DNA of 64,000 bases, taken from NCBI GenBank assembly GCA_041687695.1, contig JAWLBL010000005.1, positions 68,382-132,381 on the forward strand. Direction: 5' to 3'. The notes under the pieces were generated by a model. It was not told the origin of the DNA, did no database searches, and worked only from the letters and a program-made list of their open reading frames with translations. This document shows, in pieces, positions 56,915 through 64,000 of the stretch. Origin of the DNA: Myxococcota bacterium (GTDB lineage: Bacteria > Myxococcota_A > UBA9042 > PHBI01 > JAWLBL01). A program made the position numbers and the translations under genes. Every line of letters begins with the position of its first letter. Within the stretch, counting starts at the first letter, position 1.

Positions 56915-57613
56915 GTGTGGCGCTCCCATCTCCAGACCGCGTATCTGCTGACCCCGACCGACTCACCGCCCGAGGGCCACAGACACGTGTTCTGCGGATC
57001 CCACGCGACGCCCGGCGCGCGCTGTCCCAACTGTGACAAGCCCCTGCTCCGCCTCGCCCAGCTCGACCCGGGCGACGCGCGCCTCGGCCGCCTCCACACC
57101 CAGGCGCCGTCGCTGTCGCTGTACTTCTGCTGGACGTGCAACATCGCCCAGAAGCCCTTCAGCTACCGGCTGGAGCAGGACGGCCGCGTGCGCCTGCTCT
57201 CCTACGGCCGCGGCGGCGTCACGCGCCACTTCCCCTACGACGACTACCCGCTCAGCTTCCCCGAGCGCGGCCTGACCCTGGACCCGCTCCCGCCCGAGGT
57301 GCAGGACCAGCTGCGCTACGTCAACGCCGGCGAGCACCTCGACGACCTGCTCGGCTGCGAGAGCCACCCCGCCCTGTGCGGCCCCCACCACCAGCTCGGC
57401 GGCGTCCCCTTCCTCGAGCAGCGCGTCTCGAAGCTGCCGGCCTGCCCCGGCTGCCGGGCGCCGATGCCCTTCCTGGCGTCCATCGCCGACGACAACGCCG
57501 ACTACCGCGGCTTCACCGACAACCCCTACGTCCAGATCCTCTACTTCCTGTGCGGCCCCTGCGCCACCGTGACCTGCTGGCAGCAGTGCGGCCTCGAGGC
57601 GCCCCTCGACTGA
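56915..57613 (+). CDS. DUF1963/YwqG-like Cys-rich protein
   Basis: CPNC.KPL..LAQLD, LYFCWTC, HQLGGVPF.EQ...CPGC...MPFLASI, YFLCGPC...QQC; GGAGG upstream. Confidence 0.65.
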   Translation: MWRSHLQTAYLLTPTDSPPEGHRHVFCGSHATPGARCPNCDKPLLRLAQLDPGDARLGRLHTQAPSLSLYFCWTCNIAQKPFSYRLEQDGRVRLLSYGRGGVTRHFPYDDYPLSFPERGLTLDPLPPEVQDQLRYVNAGEHLDDLLGCESHPALCGPHHQLGGVPFLEQRVSKLPACPGCRAPMPFLASIADDNADYRGFTDNPYVQILYFLCGPCATVTCWQQCGLEAPLD

Positions 57614-57621
57614 CGCCGCGC

Positions 57622-58422
57622 TCAGCGCCGCCGCCGCGCCACCACCACCATCCGCTCGCTGTCCTCGCCGAACGGCTCGCGGTCGAAGTCACCCCACAGG
57701 TTGACGACCTGCAGCCCGGCCTCGGCCAGCAGCGGCCGCAGCCGCGACGGCCGCACGAAGCAGTGCCGCACCGTCTGGTGGACCACCCGCTCGGCGCCGC
57801 CCCGCGGCCGCAGGCGATAGCGGTACTCCATGTCGATGCGGCCCGGCTCGCCGCGCACCAGCTCGCGCTCCTCGACGTCGACCCGCACGCCGTCGGCGCG
57901 GAACGAGGTCAGGTACTCGAAGGGGTCGTCGCCCTCGCCCATGACGTCCAGATCGACGTCGTCCTCGACCGCGTACACGTCGAAGACCAGCCGCCCCTGC
58001 GGGGCCAGGTGCCGCGCCGCCGCGCGCAGGCAGGCCAGCTGGTCGGCCTCGGACTCCAGCACGAACAGGCCGTTGAACGGCACGGTGACCCGGTCGAATT
58101 CGCGCCCGAGGTCGAAGTCGCGCATGTCGCCGTGGACCAGCGTCACCCGCTGGCGGACCGCGCCCGGGACGGCGGCGGCGCAGGCCTCGAGCATCCCGGC
58201 GTCCAGCTCCAGCCCGACCACCTCGGCGCCGGCCTCGGCCACGGGCACCAGCACCCGCCCGGCGCCACAGCCCAGCTCGAGCACGCTGCCCGCCCCGCGG
58301 CAGGCCTCGACGTAGAACGCGACGTCGCCCGGGTTGCCGGTGTGCAGGTGCCGGTACAGCCAGGCGGCCTCGCGCTCGGCTTCGGTCGGCTGCGGCAGCC
58401 TCCAGTCGGTGGCCTGGCTCAA
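57622..58422 (-). CDS. Class I SAM-dependent methyltransferase
   Basis: DVAFY...VLELGCGAGR, GDMRDFDL, HLAPQGRLVFDV; TTGA coupling with the upstream gene. Confidence 0.88.
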   Translation of the reverse strand: MSQATDWRLPQPTEAEREAAWLYRHLHTGNPGDVAFYVEACRGAGSVLELGCGAGRVLVPVAEAGAEVVGLELDAGMLEACAAAVPGAVRQRVTLVHGDMRDFDLGREFDRVTVPFNGLFVLESEADQLACLRAAARHLAPQGRLVFDVYAVEDDVDLDVMGEGDDPFEYLTSFRADGVRVDVEERELVRGEPGRIDMEYRYRLRPRGGAERVVHQTVRHCFVRPSRLRPLLAEAGLQVVNLWGDFDREPFGEDSERMVVVARRRR

Positions 58423-59282
58423 CGGGAGGCCGGCTTCGCCGCGGGCGCCAGGGTCGCCGCCGGGTCGGGCGACAGCCGGTCCCAGGCCTCGGGCTGGAAC
58501 AGCTCGGTGAAGAAGGTCTGCATGTGCGCCCACGAGCGGCGCGCCGCCTTCTCCTGATAGGCCGACCCGCTGGCCGCGTCGCGCCCGGCCGCCGGGTTGG
58601 TGAAGGTGTGCACCGCGCCCGCGTAGGCGATCAGCTGCCAGTCCGCGCCCGCGGCGTCCAGGCCCTGCTCCCAGGCCTTCACCGCGTCGGGCGGCACGTG
58701 CGGGTCCTCGGCGCCGTGCAGCGCCAGGATGCTGGCGCGGATGTTGCGGTCGCCCTTGCCCGGCGGCGTCAAGCCGCCGTGGAACGACACGACCCCGTCG
58801 ACGTCGGCCCCGCCGTAGGCCAGCTCCAGCACGGCCGTGCCGCCGAAGCAGAACCCGATGGCCGCGGTCCGCGCCGCGTCGACGCCGGGCTGCTTCTTCA
58901 TCGCCTCGAAGGCCGCGGTGACGCGCTCGCGCAGCTTGGGCGTGCCGCGCACCTGGCCGGCCCACGCCCCGGCCTCCTTGGGGTCGCTGGTCGTCTTGCC
59001 GCCGCCGTACATGTCGGCCGCGAAGGCGACGTAGCCCATGGCGGCCAGCTGCCGCGCCCGCACCTTGGCGTAGTCGTTCAGGCCCCACCACTCGTGGACG
59101 ACCAGCACGGCCGGCCGCGCCCCGCGCGCCGCGTCGTCCCAGGCCAGGTAACCCTCGAAGGCCTCGCCGCCGACGGTGTAGCGCACCGTCTTGGTCTGCA
59201 CCGCCGCCGTCGCCACGCCCGCCGCCCCTACCATGCAGACCGCCACCAGGGCGGCCATGACTCCGCTCGAGCTACGCATCAC
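58419..59282 (-). CDS. Dienelactone hydrolase family protein with signal peptide
   Basis: VVHEWWGLN, AIGFCFGG, VSFHGGL, HGAEDP, AVHTFTNP. Confidence 0.92.
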   Translation of the reverse strand: MMRSSSGVMAALVAVCMVGAAGVATAAVQTKTVRYTVGGEAFEGYLAWDDAARGARPAVLVVHEWWGLNDYAKVRARQLAAMGYVAFAADMYGGGKTTSDPKEAGAWAGQVRGTPKLRERVTAAFEAMKKQPGVDAARTAAIGFCFGGTAVLELAYGGADVDGVVSFHGGLTPPGKGDRNIRASILALHGAEDPHVPPDAVKAWEQGLDAAGADWQLIAYAGAVHTFTNPAAGRDAASGSAYQEKAARRSWAHMQTFFTELFQPEAWDRLSPDPAATLAPAAKPASR

Positions 59283-59365
59283 TCACCTCCGTCCGAGGCG
59301 TCGGATGCTGGCACGACCCCGCCCGAGCGCAAAGCGCCGTGTCGCGCTGGGCTGCGGAGGCCGGC

Positions 59366-60538
59366 TCAGAAGCCCTTGTTGCACTGGATGGGGGCGCCGC
59401 TCAGGCTGTCGCGGGGGTAGGCCGCCGCGAAGGTGATGCACATCTCGTCGGTCGCGTTCTTGCCCGGGAACACCAGCGGGCTGCCGGGCGGCAGATACCA
59501 GGTGCAGGTCCACTCGAGCCCCTCGCCCGCCTCGAGCGTCAGCGGCGGATCGTAGGTCTGGAACTTGGGGTGCGCCCAGTCGTCGTCCTCGTAGACCGAG
59601 GTCGCCCCGCCCGGGGTCCACTTGGCGATCTCGAAGTGGGTGCCGCGCTCGTGGAAGTGCGACATCAGGCCGAAGACCTCGACGGCGTAGGGCACCTCGC
59701 AGTGCGTCGTCTTCACGGTCTCCTGCCCCGGCATCAACATGAAGTTCCACGTCGCGAACCAGATGATGTCGGCGTGGTGGGCGATGGCCTCGGGCTCGGC
59801 GGCCATCACCAGCTCGACGGTCGCCCCGCCCTGCGCCGGCTCGAGCGTGTAGTTCAGGACGTGCTGCTCGAGGATGAGCCGCTGCCCGGGCTCGAGGTGG
59901 AAGGCCACGCCCTCGGGGGTGTCCATGACCCGCACCGGCGTCGCCGACCCGAAGATGTACGCCGCGTCGCCCGACAGCTGCTCATCGGCGGGCTGGCAGT
60001 CGTGCAGGGTCCCCTCCTGGGCCGAGGCGGGCGTCAGGGCCTTGTCGTCGATGACCTTGTAGACGTTGAGGTGGTGCGACGTGCCCGCCATGGTCGACCG
60101 GAACCGCACCACGTCGTACGGCCCGCCGGCCGGCAGGTTCACCGTCTTGCACACCTGCCGCTCGGTGCCCGGCGCGACGGTGAACGGCTCGAGTTCGAAG
60201 GTCAGCGTCTCGCCCAGCGCGTTCTTCGGCGGCTCGACCGCGTCGGGCGGCGCCGTCGCGTCCACGGTGGCGGCGTCGGAAGTTGCGTCGGGGACCGCAT
60301 CGGAGGCCGCGTCCAGGGTCGCGTCGTCGGTCAGGACATCCTCGACCGTGACCTCGGCCATGTTCACGTCGGGGCCCGCGGTCTCTGGCCCCTCGACGTC
60401 ACCGGTCGCCGTCTCCGGCGCCTCCGCGTCGGGCTGCACGTCCGCGGTCATGGCCACGTCGGGCCCGGCCTCGCGCGCCTCGTCCCCACACGCGCCCCAC
60501 CCCAACGCCGCCACCAACCCCACCACGCGCCAGCGCAT
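59366..60538 (-). CDS. Lipoprotein, copper type II ascorbate-dependent monooxygenase (PHM/DBH)-like
   Basis: Lipobox WGAC; SHH and EQH (CuH site), SHFH and DEMC (CuM site). Confidence 0.75.
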   Translation of the reverse strand: MRWRVVGLVAALGWGACGDEAREAGPDVAMTADVQPDAEAPETATGDVEGPETAGPDVNMAEVTVEDVLTDDATLDAASDAVPDATSDAATVDATAPPDAVEPPKNALGETLTFELEPFTVAPGTERQVCKTVNLPAGGPYDVVRFRSTMAGTSHHLNVYKVIDDKALTPASAQEGTLHDCQPADEQLSGDAAYIFGSATPVRVMDTPEGVAFHLEPGQRLILEQHVLNYTLEPAQGGATVELVMAAEPEAIAHHADIIWFATWNFMLMPGQETVKTTHCEVPYAVEVFGLMSHFHERGTHFEIAKWTPGGATSVYEDDDWAHPKFQTYDPPLTLEAGEGLEWTCTWYLPPGSPLVFPGKNATDEMCITFAAAYPRDSLSGAPIQCNKGF

Positions 60539-60748
60539 CGCCGCCCCCTCCCGAAAGGTTCGCGGCAGTATACGTGAGGCCGCACGATGCACCACGCCGG
60601 GCAGCCGCCAAACGCGGACGTCGACGCGAACGACTCCATCCTTCCAGGCGCCTCGCCCACCGATCTACCCTGACCTCAGCTCCCACCCATCCGCTCGACG
60701 GCGGCCGCCCCATCCGCGCCGCCCGGCCCCCCGATGCGGGAGATCCCG

Positions 60749-62803
60749 ATGCCCCTCCGCGCCCCCGCCCGGGCCGCCCTCGCCGTCCTCGTGGCCTGCG
60801 CGCTCGCCGCCGCGCCGAGCTGCCGCCGCGAGGGCCCGACGCCCCCGCCCCAGCCCGACGCCCTGCCCACGCCGTCGACCGGCCTGGACACCCCCGAGCC
60901 CGCCCCGCCGTCCGCCGCCCCCGCCCCGCCCCGCGCCCTGTTCCCGGCCTCCCGGCCCGCCCTCGCGGACGCCGAGGCCCTCGCCTACCTGCCGGCCGAC
61001 ACGCCCTTCGTCGTCGTCACCGGCAACATCCAGGCGCTGGCCAACCGCCTCGGCCGCCGCGAGCTCGAGGCCCGCGGCGAGGGCCTGTACGCGCGCCTGT
61101 CCGCCACCATCACCCGCCGCTTCCAGCGCAACCTCCTCGACCCGGCCGAGCTCGCCGCCATCGGCCTGAGCCCCAGCAGCCCGGCTGGCTTCGCCTGGCT
61201 CGATCTCCGCACCTCGACCGGCGTCGTGTTCGCCACCGTCGACGACCGCGACCGCTTCCGCGCCGCCCTCTCCGAGCTGGCCCAGCGCGCCGGCGTCGGC
61301 CTGGTCGCCACCACGACCGGCGACGTCACCGTCCTTCGCCCCCGCGACGGCGGCGGCGTCGCGGCCGTCCTGCGCGGCGGCAAGCTCCTGCTCGTCGGCA
61401 CCGAGGGCGCCGAGGAGCTGGCCAGCACCTGGGCCGACCGCCTGTCCGAGCTGCCTCCGAGCGCCTCGCTCGCCCAGACGCCGCGCTTTCGCGAGGCCGT
61501 GGCCGCCCTGGACTTCGGCGCCGACGCGGCCGGCTATCTCGACGCCGAGGCCTGGACGGCCTACCTGCTGGACGCGCTCGAGGGGCCCGAGGGCGACTGG
61601 GGCGGGACGCCGACCCAGCGCGCCGCCGAGCGGGCCCTGTACGAGGGCCTGTGGGGCTCGCTGCGGTCGGTCGCCTTCGGGCTCGAGCTGGGCCGCGACG
61701 CGCTGCGCTTCAAGATCGAGGCCCCGCTCGCCCCGGGCTCGCTGCTGGACCGGCTGCTGCGCGCCACCCGCGGCGTCCCGGCGCTGCTCGAGGCGCTGAC
61801 GCTGCGGCCGTCGCTGCTGGTCCACCTCGCCTTCGCGCCGTCCGCCGCCGCCGAGGTGGTCCGCCTGCTCGCCGAGCTCGAAGGGCTGACCCCCGACGTG
61901 CTCTGGCGCGACCTCGAGGCGGCCTCCCTGGTCGATCTCCAGCGCGAGGTGGTGCCGCTGCTCGCGGGTGAGGTCGGGCTCGCCCTGGCCATCGATCTCA
62001 AGGGGCTGTGGCAGGCCCAGATCCACCCGATGCACGCGCTCAACGCGACCCTGACGACGCGCCTGTCCGACCCGGCGCGTGCCCGAGCCCTGCTCGACCG
62101 CCTGATGAGCGACCCGGCGCTGGTGCGCCAGACCCGCCACGCCCGCGACGGCGGCTGGGTCGTCGAGATCCCCGGCTGGAAGACCGTGCACATCGCCGTC
62201 GACGCCGGCCACCTCACGATCTCGACCGATCCCGAGCTCCCCGGTCGCCTCGGCCAGGCCGACCTCGCCGCCTCCTTCGTCCCACGCCTCGACCGGCGGG
62301 ATCTCGTCACCCTGCTCACCGCGCCCGACCCGACGCTCCTGTGGATGACCGATCAGGGCGTCATCGGCGCCATCCTTGCGCTGCAGACCGCCGAGGCGGA
62401 GCGCTTCGGCCCGGCCGACCGCCCCGACGTGCCGCACGGCAGCGCGACCGCTCGGCTGGAGGCCCAGCTGAGGAGCGTCCGCGCCGAGCGCGAGGCCCTC
62501 GAGCGTCGGGTCGTGTCCGAGGATCTCCAGGAGCTGCACCACCTGTTCAAGCGCGTCGGCACGACGGCCCTGCACCTGCGCCGCACGCCGGGAGCCCTGA
62601 CCCTGTGGGGCGGACAGTTCGTCGCCGCCGACACGCTCGGCGAGCTGGTCGAGGACCTCCTCGAGGGCGCCGCGGTGCCGCCCAGCCTCGACGCGGCCAC
62701 CCGCGGTCAGCTCGAGGCCCTCGAGCAGCGCGAGGACGCCCTGCGGCGCGAGCTGGAGCTGCTGCGCGACCGCGAGATCCAGTCCTGGGACGCCGAGCAC
62801 TGA
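60749..62803 (+). CDS. Hypothetical lipoprotein (DUF3352-like)
   Basis: Signal ending APSC; ALAYLPADTPFVV; SLAQTPRFREA; repeated alpha/beta modules. Confidence 0.6.
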   Translation: MPLRAPARAALAVLVACALAAAPSCRREGPTPPPQPDALPTPSTGLDTPEPAPPSAAPAPPRALFPASRPALADAEALAYLPADTPFVVVTGNIQALANRLGRRELEARGEGLYARLSATITRRFQRNLLDPAELAAIGLSPSSPAGFAWLDLRTSTGVVFATVDDRDRFRAALSELAQRAGVGLVATTTGDVTVLRPRDGGGVAAVLRGGKLLLVGTEGAEELASTWADRLSELPPSASLAQTPRFREAVAALDFGADAAGYLDAEAWTAYLLDALEGPEGDWGGTPTQRAAERALYEGLWGSLRSVAFGLELGRDALRFKIEAPLAPGSLLDRLLRATRGVPALLEALTLRPSLLVHLAFAPSAAAEVVRLLAELEGLTPDVLWRDLEAASLVDLQREVVPLLAGEVGLALAIDLKGLWQAQIHPMHALNATLTTRLSDPARARALLDRLMSDPALVRQTRHARDGGWVVEIPGWKTVHIAVDAGHLTISTDPELPGRLGQADLAASFVPRLDRRDLVTLLTAPDPTLLWMTDQGVIGAILALQTAEAERFGPADRPDVPHGSATARLEAQLRSVRAEREALERRVVSEDLQELHHLFKRVGTTALHLRRTPGALTLWGGQFVAADTLGELVEDLLEGAAVPPSLDAATRGQLEALEQREDALRRELELLRDREIQSWDAEH

Positions 62804-62893
62804 CGTCGGCGGCGGGGGTGCCCTTGTCACTGGGCGCCGGGACGTGCCAGCCTGCGGGCATCCAAGCACGCCCTAGCCGCGAGGTTGCCCCCG

Positions 62894-63778
62894 ATGATCG
62901 CCCCGCCGGCGCCGACGCGCCCGATGCGCGCCGCCCTGACCGTCCTCGCCTCGCTGGCCGCCCTGGTCCTGCCGCCGTCCGCCGCCGCGCAGACGGGCCT
63001 GCGCAGCACGACCACCCTCGCCTTCCGCGCGACCCCGCTGGGCATCAACGCCATCTCGGACGTGGGCTACCGGGTCGCCCTCTTCGACGGCGCCAGCCCG
63101 CTGCTCGAGAACACCTACGTCGAGGCCGGCGCCTCCTTCGGCTTCAGCCCGGCCTACCTGTGGGCGGGCGGCTACGTCGAGGCGGTCCCGTTGGCCATCC
63201 TGCCGCTGCGCTTTTCGGCCCAGTACGCCAACTACTTCGGCACCCTGGGCCACCTGTGGCTGCCCCGGGACGATCAGCCCGACTGGAGCTACAGCGCCAT
63301 CGACGCCCTGCGCGACACCAACGACGGCGTCGCCAGCTCGGGCCTGATGCTCCAGGCGGTCGCCAACCCGCGCGTGCTGCTGCCCTCGGGCGTCGCCGTC
63401 TCGCTCGAGACCACCTGGAACCACTTCCGCATGGACGTGGACGACCGCTGGTACGAGCCCTTCTTCGACGTCCTGCTCGAGCCGACCGACAGCTTCTGGA
63501 CCTTCCGTCCGACCGCCGGCTACATGTTCCGCGGCGACGACGGGGCCAACCGCGTGCTGTTGGCCGCCCGCTGGGAGCACCGCACCACCGTCCGCAGCGA
63601 CGTCTCGTACGACCTGCTCGGCCTGGTCGGCGTGTGGTTCCTGCCCGACGACCTCATCGGCTTCGGCGAGAGCCGCTGGAGCGCCCTCGCCGGCACCTAC
63701 CTCTACCACCCCAGCCGCGGCACCGTGCCCTGGTTCGGCACGGCCTTCACGATGAGCTTCGGCCCGCGCGCCCGCTGA
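62894..63778 (+). CDS. Exported beta-rich protein, probable outer-membrane beta-barrel
   Basis: Signal peptide ending AAAQ; aromatic-rich alternating strands; ends ...FTMSF. Confidence 0.6.
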   Translation: MIAPPAPTRPMRAALTVLASLAALVLPPSAAAQTGLRSTTTLAFRATPLGINAISDVGYRVALFDGASPLLENTYVEAGASFGFSPAYLWAGGYVEAVPLAILPLRFSAQYANYFGTLGHLWLPRDDQPDWSYSAIDALRDTNDGVASSGLMLQAVANPRVLLPSGVAVSLETTWNHFRMDVDDRWYEPFFDVLLEPTDSFWTFRPTAGYMFRGDDGANRVLLAARWEHRTTVRSDVSYDLLGLVGVWFLPDDLIGFGESRWSALAGTYLYHPSRGTVPWFGTAFTMSFGPRAR

Positions 63779-63833
63779 GCCACGGAGCCGGCCGCGGACT
63801 CGGCGACGGCCACGGAGCCGGCCGCGGACTCGG
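63779..63833. repeat. Short intergenic direct repeat (2 x 25 bp, 30-bp period)
   Basis: GCCACGGAGCCGGCCGCGGACTCGG occurs twice. Confidence 0.85.
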
Positions 63834-63930
63834 ACCCGGCCTCGGCGTCGGCCACCTGTCTCGGAGACCGCCGGTGCCGACGGTTGGGGCCATACAGCGG
63901 TGGCCGCTGTATGGGGACGAGGAGGACGCC

Positions 63931-64000
63931 ATGGAGCACGAGCTCACCGAGCGGTTCATCGCCGCCCTCGAGCGGGCCGAACGCACCGGAGTCATCGACG
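63931..64000 (+). CDS. 5' end of a gene running off the window (possibly NTF2/SnoaL-like)
   Basis: GAGGAGG then ATG; MEHELTERFIAALERAERTG... Too short for a firm call. Confidence 0.45.
   Translation, partial: MEHELTERFIAALERAERTGVID

Overview
Very GC-rich (roughly 70-75% by eye) bacterial chromosomal window. It looks Myxococcota/deltaproteobacterial, judging by the eukaryotic-like Ser/Thr kinases with TPR or PEGA domains and the many lipoproteins. Most long ORFs in the supplied track are GC-driven shadow frames; about 50 real genes were picked out and many start sites re-assigned. (1) 1-10983 is the 3' part of a tightly coupled phage-tail/contractile-injection-like operon. A 5'-truncated gene ending in an HNH/EndoVII (Tox-SHH-like) nuclease domain and a double SMI1/KNR4 (SUKH) immunity gene sit directly in front of Dit-like, VgrG-like hub/spike, gp25-like, baseplate J, gpI-like, atypical fibre-slot and PAAR-like genes. 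No capsid, lysis or integrase genes are visible. (2) 11-47.7 kb is mostly housekeeping/accessory: DUF4105 plus a Ser-rich lipoprotein, a GT-C glycosyltransferase, purT, two kinases, egtD-egtB, treZ, glycogen debranching enzyme, a Rieske oxidoreductase, a His-rich protein, a palindromic 43-bp tandem array, purSQLF-DUF432-mscS-DJ-1, MATE, an M14 peptidase, a PQQ/cytochrome c dehydrogenase and a ceramidase-like protein. (3) 47.8-52.9 kb is an unannotated three-gene unit (helical + OB-like, twin DbpA-RBD-like, helical) with an A9/A-AAA-AAG slippery site at a gene junction. (4) 53-64 kb holds an APC transporter fused to an exported domain with a probable ATC start codon, hydrolases, a methyltransferase, a copper monooxygenase-like lipoprotein and envelope proteins. 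All family calls come from motif recognition by eye; no database searches were run.
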